DNA of 64,000 bases. Source: Microcoleus sp. (GTDB lineage Bacteria; Cyanobacteriota; Cyanobacteriia; Cyanobacteriales; Microcoleaceae). Position 1 is the first letter of the stretch; each line of letters starts with the position of its first letter. Below, piece after piece: positions 48,548 through 56,889 of the stretch. Where the stretch lies: positions 544,001 through 608,000 of the forward strand of contig JAYFMW010000020.1 in the NCBI GenBank assembly GCA_042408215.1, written 5' to 3'. The position numbers and the translations under genes were made by a program. The notes under the pieces were generated by a model. That model did not search any database. It had not been told where the DNA came from and worked only from the letters and a program-made list of their open reading frames with translations.

Positions 48548-49561
48548 ATGAAAGCGATCGCCCATTTTACGCCCGGAAGTCCAGAAGTCCTGCAACTGCA
48601 AGATCTCCCAGACCCTACTATACAAAAAGAAACCGATGTTTTGGTGAAGCTGCGGGCTGCGGGAGTCAATCCCATCGATACTAAGTTGCGGGCGCGGGGT
48701 ACTTTTTATCCCGATCGAAGTCCTCATGTTTTGGGGTGTGACGGTGCTGGAGTCGTAGAGGCTGTAGGTGCTGCTGTGCAACGTTTCCAAGTTGGGGACG
48801 AGGTTTTTTTCTGCAATGGCGGTTTAGGTGGTTCGATCGGTACTTATGCAGAGTTAGCGGTTGTAGACGAGAGATTTCTCGCCCATAAGCCTGCTGCTTT
48901 AAGTTTTGCTGAGGCGGCGGCGGCACCGTTAGTCTTAATTACAGCATGGGAATCGCTGTACGATCGAGGACAATTGCGAGCCGGTGAGGTGTTATCAAAG
49001 AAAGTGTTGATCCAAGCTGGTGCCGGCGGTGTCGGCCACGTCGCGATCCAGTTGGCAAAATTACAAGGTGCGGAAGTTTGCACTACCGTTAGTACAGCAG
49101 AAAAAGCCGAATTTGTCAAGCAATTAGGTGCAGATTTAGTTATTTTCTACAAAAATACCGATGTTGTCGATCGAGTTTTGACTTGGACTGGGGGAGAAGG
49201 AGTTGACTTGGCTTTTGATACAGTCGGGGGAGAAACTTTCTACAAAACGATTCCGGCTATCAAGATTTATGGAGATTTGGTGACAATTTTGGAACCAGAT
49301 CCCGCTTTGGGCAATTTGAAAACAGCGAGAATGCGAAATCTGCGAATTAGTTTGGAATTGATGTTAACACCGATGCTGGAAGGTTTGGTGTCAGCACAGG
49401 AACATCAGGCTGATATCTTGCAGCAATGTGCTAGTTTGTGCGATCGCAATTTGCTAAAAATTCACGTCAGCCAAACCTTCCCCCTAGAACAAGCCCAAGC
49501 CGCCCACGAACTATTAGAAGCCGGTTCGGTAACAGGAAAAATTGTGTTGCTGATTTCCTGA
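48548..49561 (+). CDS. MDR-family quinone oxidoreductase / alcohol dehydrogenase-like protein
   Basis: AAGVNPIDTK, GCDGAG, AGAGGVGH, TGKIVL. Confidence 0.9.
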   Translation: MKAIAHFTPGSPEVLQLQDLPDPTIQKETDVLVKLRAAGVNPIDTKLRARGTFYPDRSPHVLGCDGAGVVEAVGAAVQRFQVGDEVFFCNGGLGGSIGTYAELAVVDERFLAHKPAALSFAEAAAAPLVLITAWESLYDRGQLRAGEVLSKKVLIQAGAGGVGHVAIQLAKLQGAEVCTTVSTAEKAEFVKQLGADLVIFYKNTDVVDRVLTWTGGEGVDLAFDTVGGETFYKTIPAIKIYGDLVTILEPDPALGNLKTARMRNLRISLELMLTPMLEGLVSAQEHQADILQQCASLCDRNLLKIHVSQTFPLEQAQAAHELLEAGSVTGKIVLLIS

Positions 49562-49672
49562 ATTGAAAATTTCAAATCCCATGACTGTTAGAGCCCCGAT
49601 TTCTTAAAGAAGTCGGGGCTCTGGGTATGCTGTTTTTGAGGTCAGCTTACTTAATAGCCGGAGTTGATGATA

Positions 49673-50914
49673 TCAAGTCGTGTATTCCGCATTAATTTTC
49701 ACATAGTCGTAACTCAAATCGCACCCCCAAGCCTTAGCAAAACCCGCGCCATTTCCAACACTAACCTGAATTAAAACCGTGTCTTCCTTCAAATATTCTC
49801 CCTCCGCCGCCGCTTTCAGATAATTACTCGCAGCAGATTTATCGAAGGGTAAAGGTTGGCCATTTTCCATCATCAAAAAATCTCCCAATTGAATCCGCAA
49901 ATTCTCCTGTTCAAACGGTACGCCCGCACGCCCAGCCGCCGCTGCAATTCTTCCCCAATTCGGATCGCGTCCAAAAATAGCAGCTTTCACCAAAGAAGAA
50001 CCGACAATTGTTTTGGCAATTTTACTCGCAGAAACTTCGTCCGGCGCGCCGCTAACTTGCACTTCAACCAAACAAGTTGCACCTTCGCCGTCGCGGGCGA
50101 TCGCCTTGGCTAAATGCACACAAACTTCTGTTAGCATTGCTTCTAATTTGTCTGCTTCTGGCCCTTTTTCGGTAATTGCGGGTGTGCGAGATTGTCCGTT
50201 TGCTAAAGCAATTAGCGAATCATTGGTACTGGTATCGCCGTCAACAGTAATTTGATTGAAACTTCTGTTAGCTGCACGACTCAGCATTTCTTGCCACAAA
50301 TGTGACGATACTGCTGCATCACAAGTTACAAATGCTAGCATTGTTGCCATATTCGGGTGTATCATTCCCGAACCTTTGCAAATGCCGCCGATACGCACGG
50401 GCCGATCGCCAAACATGGTTTCCAGGGCGATCGTTTTTGGGACTAAATCTGTGGTGCAAATAGCTTTAGCAGCCGCGTCAGAACCAGTTTCTGAAGCCGC
50501 AGCAACTAATGCAGGAATTCCCGCCCTCAACGGTTCCATCTTAATCCGCTGTCCGATTACCCCAGTGGAGGCTAAAAGAATAGATTCTGGAGGAATATTC
50601 AGGGCTTCACCCAACAATTTGGCGCATTCGAGGGCGTCAGCCAAACCTTGAGCGCCGGTGGCGGCATTAGCTTGTCCGGCGTTGCACAAAATGGCTTTAG
50701 CACTTGGTTTGGTTTGCAGCCGAGTGCGGCAGTAGTCCACACAAGCGGCCCGGACAGTGGATGTAGTGAAGACTCCGGCTGCGATCGCGTCTACTTCTGA
50801 CACAATCAAAGTTAAATCCGGCAAGCCTGAAGGCTTTAAACCCGCTGTAATTCCTGATGCTCGATATCCTCTCGGTGCTGTAACTCCACCGCTAATTACT
50901 TGCCAGTCGGACAT
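49673..50914 (-). CDS. argJ: Bifunctional ornithine acetyltransferase / N-acetylglutamate synthase
   Basis: KGSGMIHPNMATML, DGDTSTND, ARDGEGAT, INAEYTT. Confidence 0.98.
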   Translation of the reverse strand: MSDWQVISGGVTAPRGYRASGITAGLKPSGLPDLTLIVSEVDAIAAGVFTTSTVRAACVDYCRTRLQTKPSAKAILCNAGQANAATGAQGLADALECAKLLGEALNIPPESILLASTGVIGQRIKMEPLRAGIPALVAAASETGSDAAAKAICTTDLVPKTIALETMFGDRPVRIGGICKGSGMIHPNMATMLAFVTCDAAVSSHLWQEMLSRAANRSFNQITVDGDTSTNDSLIALANGQSRTPAITEKGPEADKLEAMLTEVCVHLAKAIARDGEGATCLVEVQVSGAPDEVSASKIAKTIVGSSLVKAAIFGRDPNWGRIAAAAGRAGVPFEQENLRIQLGDFLMMENGQPLPFDKSAASNYLKAAAEGEYLKEDTVLIQVSVGNGAGFAKAWGCDLSYDYVKINAEYTT

Positions 50915-51152
50915 GATGACCTCCCTAAAAGCTTTCTATTCTGCTGAAAGGGGGATTATATCATTTTAGATTTTAGATTTTAGATTTTAGATTGTAAATA
51001 TTGTATTTAAGCAACTCAATAAAATTAATCGCGACTTTTTCTTGAGAGATCGAACTCAAGAAGAAGTCGCGACAATTTTGTAACTGGCATGATTAATTTT
51101 TAGCGGGCATTCAACAAAGTAGATTTAACTGTCTCGCCATTGAAAAAACGAG

Positions 51153-51293
51153 TTATTTGCGATCGCCTAGTGCCTGTGCACTCAGATCTAAACCAACTTC
51201 AGCAGCCACGCGGCTTAGTAGAGATTGCTGGCGATTCAGAACTCGGTTGTGGTGGCGCATCATCAGGCTGCGGGCTTGTTCTTGAGCTGACAT
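51153..51293 (-). CDS. Short IF7/GifA paralog (46 aa)
   Basis: Manual translation MSAQEQARSLMMRHHNRVLNRQQSLLSRVAAEVGLDLSAQALGDRK; GGAG RBS. Confidence 0.8.
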   Translation of the reverse strand: MSAQEQARSLMMRHHNRVLNRQQSLLSRVAAEVGLDLSAQALGDRK

Positions 51294-51353
51294 AACTTGT
51301 TTCTCCAAATGTAGGTATTAAGTTTGCGGGCAATTGGGGAAATTGAGCTGCCC

Positions 51354-51548
51354 TTAGCTCATGGCGGCATTGCTGCGATCGTAACTTGCTTGAAAGCTGG
51401 GCTGCGGCTTGCCTTGAATATGACCCCAGTAGTTAGCATCTTCCATACCAACTTCGGCGGCGCTGCGGTTGAGCATAGATTGCTGCCGGTTCTTGACGAG
51501 TTGGTGGTGGCGCATCATCAGAGAGCGAGCTTGGTTTTCGGTACACAT
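51354..51548 (-). CDS. gifA: Glutamine synthetase inactivating factor IF7
   Basis: QARSLMMRHHQLVKNRQQSML.R.AAE.G...W..IQGKPQ.SF...YDRSNA matches IF7 as recalled; GGAGG RBS. Confidence 0.92.
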   Translation of the reverse strand: MCTENQARSLMMRHHQLVKNRQQSMLNRSAAEVGMEDANYWGHIQGKPQPSFQASYDRSNAAMS

Positions 51549-51624
51549 ATTCGGTTCCTCCGTATTCCTTGACTAAGGTTGAGCTGTGTTTCTGTTCCTA
51601 CTATTCAATATAACAGACAATTCT

Positions 51625-51638
51625 GTATCTAAAGCTAC
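51625..51638 (-). promoter_or_regulatory. NtcA binding site in a repressing position upstream of gifA
   Basis: GTA-GCTTTAGA-TAC (GTA-N8-TAC), 12 nt before a TATATT -10-like hexamer. Confidence 0.8.
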
Positions 51639-51675
51639 AGAATCAAATTTTGTAACAAAGCTTTATATTTGCTAG

Positions 51676-51900
51676 AGCTCCCCGAGTAACCCATAATTGG
51701 AGTGAATCGGAATAAATCCCAAGGTTCCAATTAGGGTTCACTTTTTCGACTCCTCTGTAGTCGCTTCCTTCAGCTTGTGGGACTCGCCCAACCAAATAGA
51801 GCGTAGTGAAGTAGGAATCTTTAGGCAGTTTACCCAAGCCTCGTACAATCAAAGTGGAGTCGCTAAACACCGTTCTAGTTTGATTGCACACCTAAAGCAT
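51676..51900 (-). ncRNA. Putative structured omega/guide RNA downstream of the divergent tnpB
   Basis: Nested complementary stems at 51819-25/51891-97, 51842-53/51879-90, 51747-63 and 51688-701/51726-38. Confidence 0.55.
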
Positions 51901-51902
51901 TA

Positions 51903-53201
51903 CTACTCTAGGCTTTTTAGATTAAGCGTAGCCTCTGGGATGTTACGCTTGATTGCTTTTAACGCCACATTACGAGCCGCATTTAAGCCACTGTGAGCTT
52001 TATACCCATCAACCGTTGCTACTAATGCAGCGCCATTTTGATAGCCATCAAATTCAAGTAGAGTTGAAGGGAATTTGCATCCTCTCCAAAGTTGCTCACC
52101 CCACGGGGTAAGGCGGCTTGTATTCATGGGACTAACGCGAGTTGTGAGGATGGCATAATCTTGGTAAGCAATTCGTTTCACTTGTTCATAGATTTTGCCT
52201 TTTAACCAGTAGGCGCGTTTCTGATTTGAACGTCTGGAATATTTACCGCGTTTAGGTTGTAAATTTCCAAGGTGTTCAAAACTAATTACATCAGACCGCC
52301 AATGATTTGCGAACTCAACAAGTTCACGAGATACGGCTCTAGAATATTCAATCTCTCTAGCAGATAGAGAGTCCCATGCTGTTTTAGCGAATCCACGGGA
52401 AATAATCCCTGTTTTGCCCATCAAAATTGCAATCTTTCCTAGCTCCCGCTTCCTACGAGCTACATGACGCGACTGGTTAATGAAATGTCTAGCGACGACC
52501 GTCGTTTCGCCTCTGTCGTTGGTTTCTAAGATTGTGGCAATTACGATGAACTTGTCTAAATCCATGTCAATTCCGCAGGTCCGAAACGTGCCTTTTGCCA
52601 TGATTCCCTTGATCCCGCCCGTTGCAGGGACGTATTTCTCAAGGGGAAAAACTATCCACAAGGAGTCATTCTGAACCTGCACTCTAGGGGAGCCTTTGAC
52701 CCATTCAGTCGGAACGTCAGGACATTGATACTGATGTTTGATCCATTTCCATGAATCGCCTACTAGGATTTTCAGAACAATGGAGAAACCATCATCCTCT
52801 TTCCACATTCCAGAATCGTACTGAGGGTTAAAGTTGAATTTTCTGGGATGGACAGGTGGCTTGTGGTGCTTCATCCTTTTTGGGCGATTCAACCATTTTT
52901 GATAGGTTGAATTCCAACTTTGATAAGCACCAATCGCTTGCCTAATAGCGGCTCTTTTCATCGGAGAAGGAAAGCTTTTTACTCGTGGCTGATTAGCTGT
53001 AAGTAGCTCGTAGTAACGCCAGCCTCCATCTTCTTTGGTCGGGATGCTAATGCCTTGAGGATTTTCTACAATCAGCAAGAAATAGAAATGAACCAGCTCG
53101 TTATAAGCAGCTTTGGTGGGCTGCATATCAAAACCAGAACGAAGCAATTTCGCCTTGACCGACTTGGTTGTAATGGAAAATCCTTTTTGACGTTTTAGCA
53201 T
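51903..53201 (-). CDS. Divergent TnpB-like protein, predicted nuclease-dead
   Basis: RuvC-I GIDMD and RuvC-II FEHL retained; RuvC-III reads HSGLNAARNV (D to G); zinc-finger cysteines absent after NTSR. Confidence 0.8.
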   Translation of the reverse strand: MLKRQKGFSITTKSVKAKLLRSGFDMQPTKAAYNELVHFYFLLIVENPQGISIPTKEDGGWRYYELLTANQPRVKSFPSPMKRAAIRQAIGAYQSWNSTYQKWLNRPKRMKHHKPPVHPRKFNFNPQYDSGMWKEDDGFSIVLKILVGDSWKWIKHQYQCPDVPTEWVKGSPRVQVQNDSLWIVFPLEKYVPATGGIKGIMAKGTFRTCGIDMDLDKFIVIATILETNDRGETTVVARHFINQSRHVARRKRELGKIAILMGKTGIISRGFAKTAWDSLSAREIEYSRAVSRELVEFANHWRSDVISFEHLGNLQPKRGKYSRRSNQKRAYWLKGKIYEQVKRIAYQDYAILTTRVSPMNTSRLTPWGEQLWRGCKFPSTLLEFDGYQNGAALVATVDGYKAHSGLNAARNVALKAIKRNIPEATLNLKSLE

Positions 53202-53294
53202 CTTTCGACCAATGATGTTTATTCAACTACTACGATGACAATGGAATGAAACTAATCTAGAGACTTGATCCATTATACTCCAATATTTTCCTTT

Positions 53295-56200
53295 CTAGTA
53301 ATTAGACTTCGATCGCACTTTTTTCCCTTCCCCCTTCTGACTACCACCGCCCCGCACCAGATGAAAAATCCAGATTTGGAAACCATCCATATAAGTAAAA
53401 ATCACCGGAATCACCACCAAAGTCAACAGCGTAGAAGTCATCAAACCACCAATAACCGCCATCGCCATCGGGCTCCGCACCTGAGAACCGGCGCCAATTC
53501 CCAGGGCGATCGGCATCATTCCAGCGATCATGGCGATCGTCGTCATCAAAATCGGCCGCAAGCGCGCCACCCCCGAATCCAGCGTCGCCTCATACATCGG
53601 CTTACCTTCCTTCTGATTAAGAATCGCGTAATCCACCAACAAAATCGAATTTTTCGTCACAATTCCCATCAGCAACACGATCCCAATCAAAGCGTACAGC
53701 CCCAAAGACTTCTGCCCCACCAGCAATCCCAGCAGCGCGCCCCCAACTGACAAAGGCAGCGCAGCCATAATTGTCACCGGGTGCAGGAAATTCGCAAACA
53801 GCAGCACCAACACAGCATAAATCAACAAAACCGCCGTTCCCAAAGCCCCCGCAAAACCGCTGAACACATCCATCATCACCTTCGCATCTCCCGACGATTC
53901 CTGTTCGACGCCAGGCGGCAGAGGATTCATCGCAGGTAGTTGTTTCACCGCAGCGGAAGCTTCTCCCAAAGTAGTACCGCGCCACAAATTGCCCTCCACA
54001 GAAACTTGGCGAGCTCTGTCATAGCGATCGATCTGAGAAGGCCCGCTACCCAAAGCAATATCAGCCACCGCCCTCAAAGGCACCAAAGTATTATTTTTAC
54101 CCGGTACTTGTAGATTCTTAATTGTTTCGATATCGCTGCGAAACTGCGGTGCCAACATCACATGAATCGGAATTTGTCTATCTGGCAAATCGAACTTAGC
54201 AAGATTCGATTCAATATCTCCGATAGTTGCCAGAGTTGCAGTGCGAGCAATTTGTTGTACAGATACACCCTGATCCGCCGCCCGATGCGGATCGGGTTTA
54301 ACCAGGATTTCTGGCTTCACCAAACTCGCACTAGATTGCACCTCAATCAATCCCGGCACCTGACTCATTTGTTGAGTAAGAGCAAGAGCTGTTTTAGTTA
54401 AAGCAGTAGCATTTTCGCTTTTAAGGACGATCGACATTTGCTTTCTACCCCCCACTCGCCCTTGAGCAAAACTGAGCCGCACACCGGGAACATCCGTGAG
54501 TTTGGGGCGCATTTCCTCTTCAAACTGCTGTTGCTTAATCCGTTTGTCAGCCGGTTTGAGTTTCACATAAAGAGTCCCTGTATTCACACCACTAGCACGG
54601 GCAGTACCCCCACCGGGGCCACCAGAAACTGTCGGAGAACCTTCTGTCTCCAAAACGCTTTCGACTGCTGGATGGACGAGCAACAATTTAGTTGCTTGTT
54701 GTACAGCTAAATCCGTCTGCTGGAGAGTGGAACCGGGAGGAAGTTCAATAGAGACAGTCGAAAGTCCAGTATCATCGCGATCGATAAACCCAGTCGGAAT
54801 ATAAGGTATTAATTTAAAACTGCCGAATAATAAAGCCACAGCCATAATTAGGACGATCGCCCGATGTTTAAGCGACCACATTAAAAGCCGTCGATACTGA
54901 TAGGATAATTGGTCTTTTTTTAACTGTTTCTGATGGTGTCCTTTATCCTTAAACAAATAAGCAGCCATCATCGGAGTCACAGTTCGAGCTACCAGCAGCG
55001 AAAACAAAACCGACGCCGAAACCGTCACCCCAAAAGGTCGAAAAAACTGACCCGGAATTCCCGGCATAAAAGCCACCGGTGCAAATACCGCGACAATCGT
55101 CATAGTAGTAGCAACAACAGCCAAACCAATTTCAGCAGAAGCATCCAAAGAAGCTTGATAGGGAGTTTTCCCCATCCCGACATGGCGTTCGATATTTTCA
55201 ATTTCGACGATCGCATCATCTACCAATACACCCACCACCAGCGCCAGCGCCAACAAAGTCATGCTGTTGAGGGTATAGCCCAAAAGTCGGAGTACAGCAA
55301 AAGTAGGAATTGCCGACAGCGGTAAAGCCACAGAAGCAATCAGAGTTGCCCGCCAATCCCGCAAAAAGATTAAAATAGTAATTACCGCTAAAGCCGCCCC
55401 CAAAAATAAAGCATCCACAGAAGCTTCATAGGAATCTCGGATGTGATCTGCTAGGGTATAAATAAGTTCCAACTTGACATCAGTTGGCAAAGTCTTTTCC
55501 ATTTTTTCCACAGTTTTCCGCACCGCTTCTTCGACAGTAACGAGAGTGCTGCCGGTACTGCGAAGGATAGAAAAAGCCACTACAGGTTTGCCATTAAGTC
55601 GCGCCGCCTGACGCGCCTCTGCATAGCCCTCAGTCACTTCTCCCAAACTAGAAAGAGGAACAAAACCACCTTTGGGCAAAGTAATTTGATAGGTTTTCAA
55701 TTCATCGAGAGTTTTGGCACTACCGAGGGTGCGGACTGTTTGTTCTGAATTGCCAATTTCGGTTCGACCGCCCGGTAAATTGATATTAAAATTGCGAATT
55801 TGGTCATTAACTTGGGTAGCTGTAATGCCAAGACTTTTCAGTTGTTCAGGGTTCAAATCAACTCGAATATCCTTGTCTCTACCTCCGATGCGCTGCACTT
55901 GAGCAACACCTTTGACAGAGAGGAGACTACGGCTGATATTTTGGTCGATCAACTCGCTTAACTGTTCTACGGATTGGCGATCGGAAACCACAGCATAGGA
56001 CATGATGGAACTGCCCGCAAACTCAACCCGCTTGACGACTGGATCGTTGATATCTTGCGGTAGGCCTTGGCGGATTTGGGCGATCGCATTGCGGACATCA
56101 TTCGTAGCGCGATCGCTATTAGTGCCTAGCAGAAAGTTAACCGTAGTATTAGAAGAACCATCATTAACCGTCGAGATAATGTGGTCGATATTACCCAAAC

Positions 56201-56423
56201 CAGCAACAGCATCTTCAACTTTTTTAGTAACTTGAGATTCAAGTTCCGACGGATCTGCCCCCGGTTGGCTAACAGAAATCGAAACAGAAGGAACATCAAT
56301 ATTAGGCGAATCATCAATCCCCAAAACCGGAAAAGATATTAAGCCACCTATTGTCAAGATTAAGAATAAAACAATAGTAGGAACAGGCTGTTTAATCGAC
56401 CAAGCAGAAATATTGAAAGACAT
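53295..56423 (-). CDS. RND efflux permease (AcrB/AcrD/AcrF family)
   Basis: MSFNISAWSIKQP, GVLVDDAIVEIENI, TKNSILLVD, RLRPILMTT. Confidence 0.96.
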   Translation of the reverse strand: MSFNISAWSIKQPVPTIVLFLILTIGGLISFPVLGIDDSPNIDVPSVSISVSQPGADPSELESQVTKKVEDAVAGLGNIDHIISTVNDGSSNTTVNFLLGTNSDRATNDVRNAIAQIRQGLPQDINDPVVKRVEFAGSSIMSYAVVSDRQSVEQLSELIDQNISRSLLSVKGVAQVQRIGGRDKDIRVDLNPEQLKSLGITATQVNDQIRNFNINLPGGRTEIGNSEQTVRTLGSAKTLDELKTYQITLPKGGFVPLSSLGEVTEGYAEARQAARLNGKPVVAFSILRSTGSTLVTVEEAVRKTVEKMEKTLPTDVKLELIYTLADHIRDSYEASVDALFLGAALAVITILIFLRDWRATLIASVALPLSAIPTFAVLRLLGYTLNSMTLLALALVVGVLVDDAIVEIENIERHVGMGKTPYQASLDASAEIGLAVVATTMTIVAVFAPVAFMPGIPGQFFRPFGVTVSASVLFSLLVARTVTPMMAAYLFKDKGHHQKQLKKDQLSYQYRRLLMWSLKHRAIVLIMAVALLFGSFKLIPYIPTGFIDRDDTGLSTVSIELPPGSTLQQTDLAVQQATKLLLVHPAVESVLETEGSPTVSGGPGGGTARASGVNTGTLYVKLKPADKRIKQQQFEEEMRPKLTDVPGVRLSFAQGRVGGRKQMSIVLKSENATALTKTALALTQQMSQVPGLIEVQSSASLVKPEILVKPDPHRAADQGVSVQQIARTATLATIGDIESNLAKFDLPDRQIPIHVMLAPQFRSDIETIKNLQVPGKNNTLVPLRAVADIALGSGPSQIDRYDRARQVSVEGNLWRGTTLGEASAAVKQLPAMNPLPPGVEQESSGDAKVMMDVFSGFAGALGTAVLLIYAVLVLLFANFLHPVTIMAALPLSVGGALLGLLVGQKSLGLYALIGIVLLMGIVTKNSILLVDYAILNQKEGKPMYEATLDSGVARLRPILMTTIAMIAGMMPIALGIGAGSQVRSPMAMAVIGGLMTSTLLTLVVIPVIFTYMDGFQIWIFHLVRGGGSQKGEGKKVRSKSNY

Positions 56424-56889
56424 AATGGGGAATGGGGAATGGGGCATTGGGCATTGGGCATTGGGCATTGGGAATTGGGCATTGGGGATTGGGGATTGAG
56501 AATTGAGAATTGGGAATGGGGAATTTGGCATGGGGCATCTTCGCCGAAAAGCATTGGTTATTTGTTATTAGAAAAACTACTAACAATTACCAATTACCGA
56601 TTACCGATTACCAATTACCAATTACCAATTACCAATTACCAATTACCGATTACCGATTTCCCATTACCATGACTAATGACTAATGACTAATGACTAATGA
56701 CTAATGACTACTGACTACTAACTAATGACTACTGACTACTGACTACTAACTAATGACTACTGACTACTAACTAATGACTACTGACTACTGACTACTGACT
56801 AATGACTACTGACTACTGACTAATGACTACTGACTACTGACTACTGACTAATGACTACTAACTAATGACTACTGACTACTGACTAATGA
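56424..56889. repeat. Long composite STRR tract (GGGCATT, TTACCAA, TGACTAA/TGACTAC)
   Basis: Direct reading; lies between the adaptor and RND genes. Confidence 0.9.

Noticed and set aside
51549..51620. Glutamine (glnA) riboswitch in the gif leader
   Set aside because: The leader is short and no recognisable motif was seen; that riboswitch is known for gifB.
51903..53201. Cas12f/Cas12m CRISPR effector
   Set aside because: No repeat-spacer array or cas1/cas2 adjacent.
56424..56531. N-terminal extension of the RND ORF (MPNSPFP...) and overlapping short ORFs
   Set aside because: Translation of STRR heptamers; the real start is at 56423.
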